The translations under genes were made by a program, and so were the position numbers. Positions 24,190 through 37,618 of a stretch of DNA of 64,000 nt are shown in pieces; position 1 is the first letter of the stretch, and every line of letters begins with the position of its first letter. Where the stretch lies: positions 262,074,001 to 262,138,000 of the forward strand of contig OZ024742.1 of NCBI GenBank assembly GCA_964016885.1, in the 5' to 3' direction. Under the pieces are notes generated by a model, which did no database searches, was not told where the DNA came from, and was given only the letters and a program-made list of their open reading frames with translations. Source of the DNA: Eledone cirrhosa. Lineage: Eukaryota.

Positions 24190-26520
24190 GTATACGTACA
24201 TAAAACCGTCTCTTCTTTATGTGACAATGTTGCAGTCTCTCATGTTCCTCGCCACAGCACTGACAAAGTAGTTTCAACAAGTGGCTAAGTAGCTCTCCCT
24301 TTGCATACCTGATGACCTCGGAAAGGTGGGAGTTCTTCAACAGTCAACTATGCATCTAGTTCCTCCATGACGTGCAGGTGTTCCACGGTCCTGTCCGAGA
24401 TACTTTTTTCCTTGCTGTAGAGTTCGGAGTAATTTTCTACTCATCTTTCCAACTGCTGTCTTTGTTTTTGATGAGCTCATCTGTTCTAGATTTGAGTGGA
24501 GCTGTCTTGCTCTGGGTTGGTCCGATGGCTTTCTTGATGCCCTCATACATTCCCCAGAATGTTACCTGTGTCAAATGACAGCTGGATGCCTTCACATAGC
24601 TGTAACCAGTAGTCATTTACAGTGTCTTGCAATTTTTTGTGTCTTGTTCCTAGCTGATCGCAATGCTTGAGTGTTGGCCTGGTGGGTTGATGTTTGTGCT
24701 TCAACAGAGCAGCGCACTTCTCCATGGTCGTATTGAGCTCATTTGCACTCACCTCAAACTAGTCCTGTGTCATTGTTCACTTCTTCTCGAAGGTCTTTAA
24801 TGCAGTGTCATGCATGGTGTCTCTGAGACACATCTTGTGTGCATTGTTTCGGTATATCTGATTTTTTTGGTGTAATCCACCCTAGCTAAAGCATTATTGT
24901 AGTATTCAGCATTTTGTGTAAATATGTCTTCATTTAAGTAAATATGTTCTAGGTATTCTGAATAGACTTGGTTAACTATAGATTTAATTACTGCCCTAGC
25001 ATGATTGAAGTTAAGGTTTTCATTGGGTTTATGATCCAGTTTGGAGTTCCAGTGTAACATGTTTGTGGTTTTAATACTGAGACACATCTTCCAGTGGGTT
25101 TGCAAGGTGGGTGCCTCCAGTGACTTGAGGAATGCAACTACTTGGCTTAGTGCATCGTTTTTGGTTGGATTTTGAGATTGCAGCAAACCAAGGAGTGATT
25201 TGTATCACAATCAGCGCTTTGAAAGGACTGAGTCAGGTGTACATTTCTCAGGTGGTTGAATCTTGTGAGGATCAGATCTAGCTGATGCCAGTGCCCTGAG
25301 TGAGGATGACATCAGGAAACTTTGGCCTGGAAGTAGGTGTTGATGACACATAGTCCATGGAGCATACAGAGCCCAAGCAGTTGTTACCCGTCGTCATTCA
25401 TGTTACCCACCCAGTGCCATCCCAGACACCCTATCCAGGAGTTGTGGTCAGCTCCCACTCTGGCATTGAAGTCGCCAAGTAGCACCAGCTGGTCTCCATT
25501 TTGGATTGCCTGTATTTTTCCTGAGAGCTGATTGTAAAACTTATCCTTGTTGTCTTGTGTCCTTTAGAGGGTTGGGGAATAAGCACTGATAATGTTGACA
25601 GGCCCATCTGAAGTATGCAATTGGAGTGAGAGAATCCGCTCCTAGCCGTCGCTGTTGAGTTCCACCACATTCAACAGTGAGTTCCTCATGGCAAAGCCGA
25701 CACCATGTTCTCTGGCTTCATCTATGCCTTTCATCTGCCCCAAAAAGGTATATTCTTTTTCATGAAAGGTCCCTGAATTTGGGAGCTCTGTTTCCAGGAG
25801 TGCTGCAATGGCCACTCAAAGTCGTAGCAGTTTTATGAGTATTGCTGATTTTTGAAGATCATCTGACAGACAAGTAGTCATGGTCCATATGTTCCAACAT
25901 CCAGGTCTGAATACCAGTTTCTTACATTGTTTGTTTGTTCATTTTTTTTCTTGGTGCAGTGTTTTCAGCCTATGATTCAGTATATTAATAGCCCTAAGCC
26001 CCATGCACCCAGTGGAGCAAGTGGAGTTGCCAGAACGAGGCTGGATATAACATCACCAGCTATGTACTCCACCTTAGACCTACCTCTTCAATCCCAATCC
26101 TGCATATATACACCACACCCTTCCCAAGTTCCACATCTGATAGACCTGTCCTGTCCAACCCATGCATACAAGAATAGAAAACAGGATATGCTTGCTCACA
26201 TTGCTGCTGCAATCCGGCTCTAGATTTATCCTTGTGGTTTACTCCTGAAGCTTTCCCCAAAAGTTTAGAGTGTACATTCTCTTAGATGGACTGCCCTCCT
26301 AGGCTGATGAGTACCATCTATCCACAGCACTGGTTTGAAGGTACCAGAACCTGCTTATGCCCATTCTCCTGTCAGTAGGGACATTTCTGCCAGGCTTTCA
26401 TGTTAAGCCAAATGAGAAGGCCAGGAGTTGGACTTGATTGCCAGAGGCTATATGAGGCACATGCTGCAAGGAGCATTTTTTTTAAGCAATGCGAGCTCAT
26501 CCCCACTGCTACCCCCTCAG
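24190..26520 (-). pseudogene. Decayed RTE/BovB-like LINE of a different family, with a Naiad fragment inside
   Basis: Minus strand reads LLGDFNARVG (about 25452-25483), HWHQLDLI (about 25270-25293) and GCWNIWTM (about 25880-25903); RTE-like 5' UTR text CTCATCAGCCTAGGAGGGCAGTCCATCTAAGAGAA near 26280-26315. Confidence 0.7.
24836..25077 (-). mobile_element. Naiad thumb-region fragment
   Basis: Near-duplicate of 16375-16650; C-terminal half of ORF 24797-25186. Confidence 0.7.
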
Positions 26521-26544
26521 CTTAGCAACTTAGCAACAGAATAT

Positions 26545-27130
26545 ATATATATATATATAGTCATGTTGGGTGATCATGTTTTACTCATACAGATCTATAT
26601 TTAAGCTTGGTTTCTATGGCTTGATTCCCTTCCTAATGCCAACCAGATTAGCGTGAACTGGGTACAATTTTATAATTGTTTCTACTTTTGGCACAAGGCC
26701 AGCAATTACCCAGTGCATTACTGGTACTTTATTTTATCGACCCCATAAGGATGAAAGGCAAAGTTAACCTCAGCGGGATTTGAACTCAGAATGGCAAGGG
26801 CTGTAACTCTATGCGTCAAAGCATGGTGTCCGACCCTCTACCGTACAATTTTATAATGGCACGAAAACAACGATCTAACAGGGTCGACTGCGTGCTTATT
26901 TGTTATGTCACCAGCACAATCACCTTACAGTGTGGACTGGGTGCTTTATTGTTATGCCTTTAGCACAACCACCTTACATGGTGGTCGAGGGCCTTTTGTT
27001 GTGTTACAGCATGACCACTTTTTATATACAGCTGTCATCCTCCATATGCATTACATGTCCATACCACTACAATTTTCTCTCCTGCACATTACATCAGACT
27101 GCTCTTATGCCCAGTTTCTCTCTCAGTCCC
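26545..27130 (-). mobile_element. Decayed RTE 3' end interrupted by a SINE
   Basis: Minus strand reads WYGHVMHMEDDSCIKK near 27020-27070; RTE 3' UTR text TTCCTAATGCCAACC and CTTACAGTGTGGACTGGGTGC. Confidence 0.7.
26677..26842 (-). mobile_element. Second SINE family (GCCTTTCATCC..GGGGTCGATAAAATAAAGTACCAG domain) with 15-bp TSD
   Basis: Perfect TSD GTACAATTTTATAAT at 26662-26676 and 26843-26857; B box GAGTTCAAATCC on the minus strand. Confidence 0.9.
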
Positions 27131-28879
27131 ATAACAACTGTATTAGAAGTAGTAGTGTTTATTTATGTGAGGTATTGAGTTAACAGTTACAACATATTTG
27201 TGCCATTGTGTTTTGATTGGTCTATATGGCTCTGGTGGCGCGAGGGAGTGGGAGAGATAGTAAATGGGAGATGATGAAATAGAAATGAAAAATGTAATCG
27301 AGAGGAACAAGTTGTGTGACAGGAAGAGTAATGTAGGATAATGGAAATAGCAGGAGATAAAACAAGAGTTTTACATCACTTTGATGAATGAATGAGGAAT
27401 AGGGTCCTATTAGATTTCCCTTGTGCTTAACACAAACTGGCAGGATTTAAGGTAAAAAATATCTCACTGTGCTCTAAGTTCAAATTCTACTGCTGTTAAT
27501 TTTGTGTTTTGTCTTTTCTAGGTTGATAAATAAAGTACCAGTTCAGTACTGGGTTGCTTTTTTTTCTCCACCTCTCTCACATTATCATATTTTTTCTTTC
27601 CCTGAAAGAAATTGGTTATGTTCCAACGTGTAGAAGGATGTGTTCTGCAAGGTTTAAAATGCCCAAGAGACTTTCAGTGTCAAGATTATATGACTCCATC
27701 GAAAGCACAGGGCCCTTTACTGCATATGTATATATATTTTATTTGAATTATCATTATGATATTTATTTTTACTAGTGTCCTCAATTTTGTTTGTTAAAGT
27801 CACATGTTGGTCATTGTATCTGCTGACTTTCATCAGATGTTTGTCATACTCAAAATTTCGAACCAAACCCTTTATTCAAATCATGAGGGTGGGATATCCT
27901 TGTATTAGTTATTTGGAATGTCACTTCCCAAATGTCATTTGTTTGTTCTGCCTAAACCAGAGTATATACACCATATATACTTGTGTATAAGTTAATTTTT
28001 TTCAACTATTTTTTGGGGGGATTAAATTTATGGGGTCGACTTTAAAGCAGTTGAAATTTACATGGCTATCTAAAATATTGTATTAATAAGCAGAATCCCC
28101 CAAAACAATGAATTACAGTAACAGTATGAATTTTTCTTTGCATTGTAATATTTATGTTCAGGATAATACCTTAAACTAGGGTCAATTTTTACATGAGATA
28201 CAAGAAAATATTCAAATTTTCTTGCAAAGAATAGTGTGACAACTTTTGCATGGGATCAAATATATGGTAGATGTACTAACTTAGGGATTGGCTGTATAAT
28301 TAATATTAACCAATGATTATATTGACTATACTATTGTCTCTATATGATGGAAATTTTGAGCCTTAAACCTAAATATTTGTCCATGATGTCAGGCTTCATG
28401 TTCTTTCTTTCTTAACCTCTTCAGTACCATAGACGAGATAACTTGTCCCAACATGTATGCATTCCAGTGCCACATACGAGATAACTCGTCCTAACTTGTT
28501 TGAACTCCTTTCCAACAGTTCATAACTTCAAAGCTAGATGAGGTTACTAGTTTATTGATGTGACGTTTGTCAATCCAAATAGTAAATTTTACTGAAAAAA
28601 ATTCCAGCACAGCAATTGTACACGGCCGTCAACATGTTAATTAAAGGCCAAGAATTTGCACTGATTTTTTTTATCATCTTGTTTTTGAGTTCTGAACTCT
28701 ATATTCTAATTTAAAAAGAACAAGTGAATGAAACGAGAACAGTCTATCATCATGGTTTGAATAACGGATTTGGTTAAAAATTCCAAGACCATTACTGAAT
28801 ATGACTGTCTGGAGGGTAGAATGGCTGAAATGTGATTATAGCAACAAAGATAAGGACACTGGTCTGAACAGATCAATAA

Positions 28880-29560
28880 GATATTACATGGCAATGAGAC
28901 ATTGGCGAATGTAGAGGATATGTGATGTTACATAGTAGTGGGACATATGCAATGAATGTAGAAGGCATGTGATGTTACATTGCAGTGAAACATGAACAAT
29001 GAATGTAGAGGATGTGTGATGCTACATGAAAGTGAGACAGGCAGTGAATATAGAGGATGTTACTTGGTAGTGAGATGTGAGCAGTGAATGAAGAGGATGT
29101 TGCATGGGCAATGAATGTAGAGTATATGTGATATTACATGGCAGTGAGACATGAACAGTAAATGTAGAGGATATGTAATATTACATGATAGTGAGATGTA
29201 TGCAGTGAATGTAAATGATATGTGATGGTGGGAGAGAGATTAATTGAGCATGCTCAGATAGATATATAATGTTAGTGTGCACGGACAATGAAGTACAGAT
29301 GATCTGAGAGAAGAATTGGTGATGCAGTGTCCAGGATAGAAGACTACACATGGACATGTGACACATATAAATGATAGTTGTTGGGTGAAGAAATACTAAG
29401 AGATCCCAGTGGAAGGAAGAGCAGAGGAGGAAGACTAAAATATGTTTTTAAATGGGCAGAAATGATTATAACTGATCTCCAAATGCTGAACCTCCTTGAA
29501 AAGATGATGAAATAACAAAATAAGTAAAGAGAAGTTGTGCTGCAGAAAAACCGTCCAATT
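28880..29560 (+). repeat. ~46-bp minisatellite derived from RTE coding sequence, followed by the RTE 3' remnant
   Basis: About 8 units of ATGTTACATGGCAGTGAGACATG..CAATGAATGTAGAGGATATGT, corresponding to RTE MLHGSETWA.NVEDM; downstream GGACATGTGA..ATGATAGTTG corresponds to GHV..DDS. Confidence 0.75.
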
Positions 29561-29737
29561 CATTTCATTTTGATTATTCTTATTTCATATGTGTACCCAG
29601 TTGTGGATATACTATAAACATGACCAGATTATAGCAACTAGGGCCCTTGAACTGGAGAAAATATTGAGTTTCCAGCTCTGGCTTGCAAGAAATATAATAA
29701 ATAAAAATTACATGAATATAGCCCTACACATAGGACA

Positions 29738-29791
29738 ATGTTGACATCCCAGCATTGATATGAGATGTTGACATCCCAGCATTGATATGAG
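29738..29791 (+). repeat. Perfect 27-bp tandem duplication
   Basis: ATGTTGACATCCCAGCATTGATATGAG twice. Confidence 0.9.
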
Positions 29792-29921
29792 CCAACTTCT
29801 AAAACAGAGGTGACACATGACACATGCATTTAACAATAATTATACTATTCTAAATTTTGACAATATTTTGATATGTATATAAAATGGGATTGTAGCATAT
29901 ATGTATTGACTATGAAATTAA

Positions 29922-30132
29922 CCCTTTAATGTTCAAACTGGGCAAAACCGGCCAGAATTCTTTACCTCTTTCTGTTGAAATTGGCTGTAACTGGTCGCTC
30001 AAACTGATGTTAAGGTATTGTTCTCAAAATAAATACTTTCAAAATCTCATAGATTCGATATTATGCAAGGTAAAGCTTTTACCATGAAAATATAATAGTA
30101 TATATATATAGAGTAATGTGAATGCTAAGGGA
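29922..30132. mobile_element. piggyBac-derived MITE related to 2810-4277
   Basis: TTAA-CCCTTTAATGTTCAAA..AAAACCG at the left end and ATGTGAATGCTAAGGGA-TTAA at the right end. Confidence 0.8.
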
Positions 30133-30314
30133 TTAAGGATTCTTGAGTTTCAGAGCTCCTAATCCCAATTAAAACTTTAGAGTCCGCCAAAATATAGTTC
30201 CACCACTGTGTATATCAGACAGTCTCAGTGACCAGGTTTCAATTTTTGGTTAGAATTGTTTTCACTTTCATTGTTAATACTCTTGAAAAAATTATGAATG
30301 CATCTTTTTGCTAT

Positions 30315-30537
30315 TTAACTCTTATCATTTTGTACCATATAAAACTACATTAGCAAAACATATTTGAAAAGTTTAAAACAGCATCATGACTGCATCACAT
30401 TACAAATCTTTTACTTTAGTTTACTGCAAATTTTTATAAAAATCTATCCACTAGTAAACATACTATACACATTTAAATTAACAAACTTTTTTTTTTTAGA
30501 TATTTTCTACTAAATCATTGCCGGATGTTAAGAGTAA
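30315..30537. mobile_element. Non-autonomous repeat; related copies at about 15908-16036 and, inverted, 2638-2740
   Basis: Shared CTGCAAAT.TTTA.AAAAATCTATCCACTAGTAAA..GGATGTTA.GAGT text. Confidence 0.55.
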
Positions 30538-30717
30538 ATGTTTTCTATAGCTGTGAGGCTTCATAAATCCCCTTAAAAAATCAATCAATTCTTATTGACT
30601 TAGAGTAAAGGTCTATTCCCCTACTTCTGTATACACACAAACAAGTGTTTAATCCTTTGAGTCTATTTACACAACCTGTTCATAAGGTTTTACTACACAC
30701 ACACATTTGCAGATATA

Positions 30718-32009
30718 CTAGGTACACTCAAGAGGTTTTCAGACTTACCAGAGAGACATATATTTAACTCAGATCAACACAAAACTCTAGTTTCCCTCAA
30801 AGTAGGGTACTCCAACTTCAATGCACTTATAGTGCTCCAGCCACTTCTGGAAGGCACTCTTGTAGTCCTCCTAAGTGAAGGTGTCCAAGGTGCTTGTCAC
30901 AGCCTCCTTCATCTGTTCCACATCCTCAAAGCAGATACTCCGGAGCTTCTCCTTCAGCTTCAGGAACATCCAGAAGTCACATGGGGCTATGTCTGGACTG
31001 TAGGAAGGATTAGGGACAGTCTTGATCCCCATATTGGCCAAGTAGTTGGTCAGCAAGGTTGATTTGTGACAGGGGGCATTGTCCTGGTGTAGATGTCACT
31101 GACCAGACATGAAAAGTTTTAGTCTCCTGTGACAAAATTTCTTTCTGAACTGTCTCAAAACTGCTACATAGTACTCTTTGTTGACTGTCTGGCTGTGGGG
31201 GACCCAGTAGATGTAGATGATGCCCTTGCTGTCAAAGAATGGGATCACCATGAGCTACCCTGTAGACCTGCTTTTCTTGGCCTTCTTGGGTCTTGGGGAG
31301 TCAGAATGTTTCCACTGGGCACTCTGTCTCTTGGTCTCTGGATCACAAAAGTAGACCCAGCTCTCATCACAGGTTACCAGAGAGTCAAGGACACAGGGAT
31401 TCAAAGTGATCCACTTGACTATCTCCCTGCTGTCATCAACATGCCTCTATCTTTGATCTTCATTGAGCATCCTGGGGAAAAATTTTGTACATGTTCAGAT
31501 CGTCATGAATGACTGTGTACAGTGCCCTCAGCTACTTCAAATTGTTTAGCAATCCTCTGAAGAAATGCACGATGGTCCTCGTCCAGAAATTTGTGAATTT
31601 TGTCGACCAGCTTTGGTATCCTGAGGTCCCTCTCCCTGCCACACCTCTCATCATCCCTCACCTGCTCCCTGCTCTCCTGAAACCTCTTGTGCCAGTGGAA
31701 AACCTGGTTCATGAAAGTTAGTCCGTAAGCAGTTTTGACCATATAGATTCTGCAGCATTTTTGCTGAGCTTGACACAAAATGTTATTGCATATTGAGCCT
31801 CCAAGTTGCCCTCGCGTTCCAACTGCATTGTGGAGTGACAAGACCTGTGTTTAAAGTGCTGTAGTGGCCTGAACCTTCAACTTGGAAAAAAAAGATTTGG
31901 CATGTTAGTTTATTATAACCATATCAAGGATGTATTAGAGTGACAATTACACAGACCAATTAAAAATGCCTGGAAAGAAAAAGTCCCAAAACTGCTTGAG
32001 TGTACCTCA
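30718..32009 (-). mobile_element. Full-length but decayed mariner transposon
   Basis: TA TSDs, about 29-bp TIRs (..AGGTACACTCAAG..GTTTT..GACTT), 1.29 kb. Minus strand has WHKRF..DDER.GR, TCDESWVY, HQDNAP and YSPDIAPCDF in disrupted frames. Confidence 0.92.
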
Positions 32010-33114
32010 TATCTTTGCACTTATGTGCACTGACAACAGGACTAGATGAACTATTAAGTTGTTTGATACCCTTGGTTTTATTATACAAAACCTGTTCCTT
32101 ATAAAGTATTCATATATAGATTTTAAAAATGTCCATGTGAGAACCTTTGTAAAGTTATGTTCCAAACACCAGCTTAATTATGAGAAAGTTAGCTATATTA
32201 CTACAGCCCTGCAAATTCTTGGTTATTTTCAGAATTAGTTGAAAATCATAGGCTGTGTGTTTCATTAGAAATATGGTAATGAAAGGGTTAAGAAAAATTA
32301 ACCCATGCTTAGGAATACCAGTTGTAACTGGTAGATAGTATCAGCAATGGAAAGACCAAATTAAATTTCTTTTCTGTTCCTTAGGGTCCTAAGAGAAGTG
32401 AACACAACAGAATTTTCTCAGTGCTGGATGTAGAAAGTGTTGAAAATTTACACCAAATATGCTAGTTATAAGTAAATAATTTAATGTTGTTTACTACTGT
32501 TTAGAATTAAATAAATGAAATAAAAACAATATATTTAATATAGTTTCAGGGAGACTCTTTTTCACCAGTAATAATGTATGTGTGTGTGTGTGTGCATGCA
32601 TGTAGTGGTCAATGGTAACAGCCCAAACCAGTCAACGAGGAGTTGTTATGTTCTTTTGTTCATGTGTTCTGTCTTTCTGATATGCAGAACCTTATGTGGA
32701 TGTTGTATCATGGTTTTAGTGGAGGACAGAATAGCAAAAGAGATGTACCGAAAAAGTCATTCCAACTCATGAGGTTAATTCTTGCTTGGATTAACTGTGT
32801 TCTTTCCCATACGGTATCAGATTGATTTGTTTTCTTAAAGTCTAAAGTCTGTCTTGATGCCTGAGGCTCATCAGGCAAATGTTTATCCCAGTTTCTGTGG
32901 TATGAAGTGAGTGAGAGTAGAAGACTTCCTCCTGGATAGGACGTCTGTCTATCGCAAGGGGTACTCATTTTCAGTTGAAGATAACTGAATTTTTTTTTTT
33001 ATCCATCATTTCACATTCAGAACTTTTTATACCTTAATGTCTTATCAGTTAAACAATAGCAGGGTTGAGGGCACCATTATTGTACTGTACCTATTGTAAA
33101 TGAAATGAAAATTT

Positions 33115-33310
33115 AAGGTTTAGCTGGCAAGCTATATGGTTGCATCTCGTATGCAGTTTCTCATGTGTTTTAATGATAGGGGCCCCAGTCCTATCGTGAA
33201 AAGTAACATGAAAATAAAGCATCTTGAATGCGCTGCCTTGTCTAGGAATCGAACTCACGACGTTATGAATGAAAGTCCAATACCCTAACCAAAAGGCTGT
33301 GTGCCTTCAT
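33115..33310 (-). mobile_element. tRNA-derived SINE (family of 1393-1710)
   Basis: Minus strand has GGTTAGGGTATTGGAC, B box GAGTTCGATTCC and the hairpin tail GATAGGACTGGGGCCCCTATCATT..GCTAAACC. Confidence 0.7.
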
Positions 33311-34498
33311 AAACTAAATTGACGGGCCCTTAGTCTCTGTAGGACCCTAATCTTCAGCTTTATGAATACAAACTATATTGGCATTAGCATTTTCACATCA
33401 CAAATATTCAAATTCTAACATGTGTGATATATGCAAGATTTTCATATAGTTATACTCTCACTCCTCACACATTTCTTCACTATCTCACACACACACTCTT
33501 TCTCACTCAATCACTCGACCTGCTAGAAATAGCAGCCAAATCTCCATCATACTCCTTCATATCATATCCTATCATAGTCCAAGATATACTGTTTGAAAAA
33601 TGATGGGATGGTCACAGCTTGATTAGAGTTGACCTACGGCTAAACTACTACTTATACAATATACTGACAGACATATACACACATTACTTATTCACAGACA
33701 CATACATACTCTCATATACCGATGCAAACACTCACACTAACCTATGTTCACTTTATAAACCTTTACATTTTCATCCCACACTCGCCCGAAACACACACAT
33801 ACACAAATACGTGTATGTGTGTGATTGCGTTTGTGATGTAATGTGTATTTGTGTGTGCTAAAACCTTTATAGAATGAATAGGATTTCTTCAATTAGCATC
33901 ATTAAGAAGTCATATCTCGCCAACTTATACTCACCACCCTCTTCACAACAACTCCACTCATCCTTTCTTTTTTCTCCTAGTTTTATTTATTCCCTTTTCA
34001 CCCCACCCCACCTCTATCTCTTTCTTTCATCATCTTGATGTCGTAAATGTTGTCATGGTGATACCAGAAAGTTGTCTCTCTTTCCCTGACACACATAAAA
34101 TTATGTCTTCGTCCTACGTCCGTAGCAAGTGACAATAATCCCGAGTCTCTCACACTATCTCTCTCGCCGCCATCGGACGGACACCTACACAACTCATACG
34201 TTGTAGTTGTTGTTTAACCCAAGGTCAATCCTAATTGAGGAAACCTATAATCAACAACATTCAAACACGACCACTGTCTTATTCAATATGTCTTTCCTTG
34301 TTTATGGCGGTAGGGTGTGAACTGAGAGAGAATTAGTTGCTATTTCTAACAGATCGAGTGGCCACAATAATAATCCCATATGTATACGTAACAACCCTAC
34401 CTCCTTAAAAAAATCTGTAATGGATAATGTTTTAGATAGATTACGCCTAAAAACGTAACAAAAATGCAACAAAAAAAACAAACAGGTTGACCACAGCT

Positions 34499-34556
<58 letters not shown>

Positions 34557-34595
34557 GATATTAATAAATGGAAACTATATTTATAAAACCATATT

Positions 34596-34660
34596 TATTT
34601 CATTATACATATTTCAGGGATACCAAATTAAATTATAGTATGCCTTCATCAGACAAAATA
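34596..34660 (-). ncRNA. Degenerate minimal hammerhead-like motif
   Basis: Minus strand CTGATGA-AGGCATAC..GTATCCCT-GAAA-TATGTA; stem II pairs 7 of 8, stem I is weak. Confidence 0.35.
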
Positions 34661-34833
34661 CAATATATAACAGTTTTACAAATAAGCTTTGACGTACCCT
34701 ATTAAAATGCAACCATTGTTTTTGGAAGTCATCCAAATACTTGTCGAGTGCTTTATATCAGTTATAAAAATATTTACTTGTTGTATCCCAACAATTTTAA
34801 ATAGAACTTTTGCATATATATATATATATATAT

Positions 34834-35398
34834 ACTAGACAGGAAAAATGCGCAAGCTCAAAAGAGCCACAGAATGTTATAATAAACCTTCAAAAGTGTG
34901 GGACTAGAGTTGTTACTCAAAAATATTTTAATCATTAACTATCGTACAAACGGTAGATTGGCAGTATCGGTAGAGGGTCGGACGCCATGCTTTGACGTAT
35001 AGAGTTACGGCCCTTGCCATTCTGAGTTCAAATCCCGCCGAGGTTAAATTTGCCTTTCATCCTCACGGGGTCGATAAAATAAAGTACCAGTACTACACTG
35101 AGTAATTGCTGGCCTTGTGTCAAAAGTAGAAACAATTATCTATCGTACATTCTGAGGCATCCTTTATAAAAATATCACAATAAATACATCTATGTTTAAT
35201 AATATTACGTAATTATTTATAGCTGTTATTACATTAAACATAGATGTATTTATTGTGATATTTTTATAAAGGATGCCACAGAATGTACGATAGATAATGA
35301 TTACAATATTTTTGATTTACAACTCTAGTCCCACACTTTTGAAGGTTTATTATAACATTCGGTGACTCTTTTGAGCTTGCGCATTTTTCATGTCTAGT
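34834..35398. mobile_element. Long fold-back element (ACTAGAC...GTCTAGT) with a SINE inserted in its left arm
   Basis: Arms 34834-34948 plus 35150-35200 mirror 35233-35398 with scattered mismatches; short central spacer. Confidence 0.85.
34949..35134 (+). mobile_element. SINE (family of 26677-26842) with 15-bp TSD
   Basis: TSD ATTAACTATCGTACA (34934-34948) and ATTATCTATCGTACA (35135-35149); A-box-like TGGCAGTATCGGTAG and B box GAGTTCAAATCC. Confidence 0.9.
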
Positions 35399-35961
35399 TT
35401 AATATTTTTTTAAAGGCAACGCTTGTAATAACTCTAGTTAAACATGATGCATATTAATAATAAATTATCGTTGTAATGTAATTAGATTATATAATTGTTA
35501 TTATAAATGATCTTATAAATATTAGTGTAAGATGTATAAAAATATTTTCAGACTTTTAATATAAACAACAACAAAAAACAATCAATATTAAATCAATATA
35601 TTATACATAATAGAAAACATAAAATAAATAAACAATATAAAAATAAAATATTTACATACAATTGCAATTATCAGTCTATATAAATTTTCTTTATTCCCTG
35701 AGCAAATTAATGAGGTTTGTTCTTATTGCACATAATTTGATGACTTTTTGGAGTGTATTAAAAGATAACAACAATTTGTGATTAAATTGTTATCTTAAGT
35801 AACTCTCTTTTTAATAGTTGTTGGCTGAGCGAAATTGGAAAAGCCTATGAGCAAATATTAAAAAAAATACACAAACTACATTTCCCTGTATTGTTGCAAC
35901 ATTAGATAAAATAATTGAGCAATGTCGTGAGATTTTGCTCTTATTGCACATTAATAGTGTT

Positions 35962-36125
35962 TCTATTTTTCGGCACAAAGCCATTATCGCAGTCCATTAC
36001 TGGTACTTTATTTTATCGAACTGGTAAGGATGAAAGGCAAAGTTAACCTCGGCGGGATTTGAACTTAGAACGCAAAGGGCCATAACAATGCTGCAAAGCA
36101 TGATGTCTGACGCTCTACCAATACT
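35962..36125 (-). mobile_element. SINE (family of 34949-35134); a further partial copy at about 36277-36326
   Basis: CTGGTACTTTATTTTATCGA..GGATGAAAGGCAAAGTTAACCTCGGCGGGATTTGAACT. Confidence 0.8.
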
Positions 36126-36572
36126 TGTGTTGAGCTGGTCACCAATTTGTGGTGGTCGTGCGTGGAGTAGAACAACAAGCGCTAGTCGAAATAGTATGAA
36201 CAAAACATTTTTATGTGTCGAAGAACATATTTTCAATACTGTTTGTGAATGGGCATCTTCTTATAGTGACAGTGTATTACTGGTACTTTATTTTATCGAC
36301 CCCGTAAGGATGAAAGGCAAAGTTAATACTGACAATAATGCAAATGTGTAATAGTGAAAATTTACGCCTTTTCAATAATTTATCGTCTGCTCACGTTGCA
36401 TTAAAGGGAAATAACTCGTCTCTCAACTGTATTTATACATTTTAACTGAAACATCAATATTACACATTCGATTTGAAATTTGTTTTGACCGATCTCTCTG
36501 CTGGAGCTTAATCTATAAGTTTAGATGTGTGGGGACCATTTTAGTAGAGAGACAGACAGAAAGACAACCTCA

Positions 36573-36631
<59 letters not shown>

Positions 36632-37375
36632 CAAAGATTTTTAAATGCGTGTGACACAAATTTTTACAATGTTTTTAGAAAAATTATTTTTACAAATATT
36701 TACAAACAAAGTGCAGTTTGTATTACAATCGGAACTCTGCCTATACTCGATTGCAATATATAAAGAGGAACAAGACACAAAGATATATTTCTTTATTTGG
36801 CACAAGGGCGCACAAAAATGGGACATTACAGAACATGAATATACGCTATTTTGAAGTGTTTAAACATGTTTTACAAACAAAAATTTAGAATCGTTTTGTA
36901 CAAACGATAAATTTAAAAATATTTGTACAAACTTTTACGATAGACTTTCATCTTATCTATTGACCGCCTAACCCTAACCCTAACGTCAATATATTACATT
37001 TGTTTTTAAAATAGTTAATATATATTTTAAAAACTAGGAAAACCCCCCAAAAAAACATGGCAGGTGCTTTTGAGCAACACTTACTCTGATTGGTTGAAAA
37101 TTAGTCAATGGCATGTAATCACCACGGCCACGGCCAGACCTTGAAAAAAAAATTGACGATCTACACATATATGTTAGAACACTAAAGTGACTAAAACATT
37201 ATCGTGTCTAACAGATAAAAGGATCGATTGAATTTCGTCAAATCGGAACGAGCAAACAATGTTTTCGTCGGTTATTCCAGTTGCTAATACTATCTATCGG
37301 TCGCAACTCCAGGTAGAGTGAATGCAGAAATTATTTCCTTAACCTTTTAATCAATACTAATATTATATATATATA

Positions 37376-37618
37376 TCATCATCATCATCATCATTTCATT
37401 TTACGTCCGCTTTTCCCTGCTTGCAAGAGTGGGACGGGAACTGATTCTGGCTTGATTTCTACAGCTGGATGCCCTTCCTAACACGAACCTCATTTACAGT
37501 GAGTGCTGGGTGCTTTTTTGCCGTGGCACCTACACTTTGCAGTGGAATGATAGGGACTGGGGTTCCTATCATCTCATTTCTACAGCTGAGTAAACTGGAG
37601 CAACGTGAAATAAAGTGT
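37376..37618 (-). mobile_element. 5'-truncated SINE with RTE tail (family of 17050-17385)
   Basis: Reverse complement of 17147-17385; (GAT)n tail runs into (TA)n. Confidence 0.85.

Noticed and set aside
36968-36984. Telomere-like CCTAACCCTAACCCTAA
   Set aside because: Under three units; such runs are common inside DNA-transposon relics.
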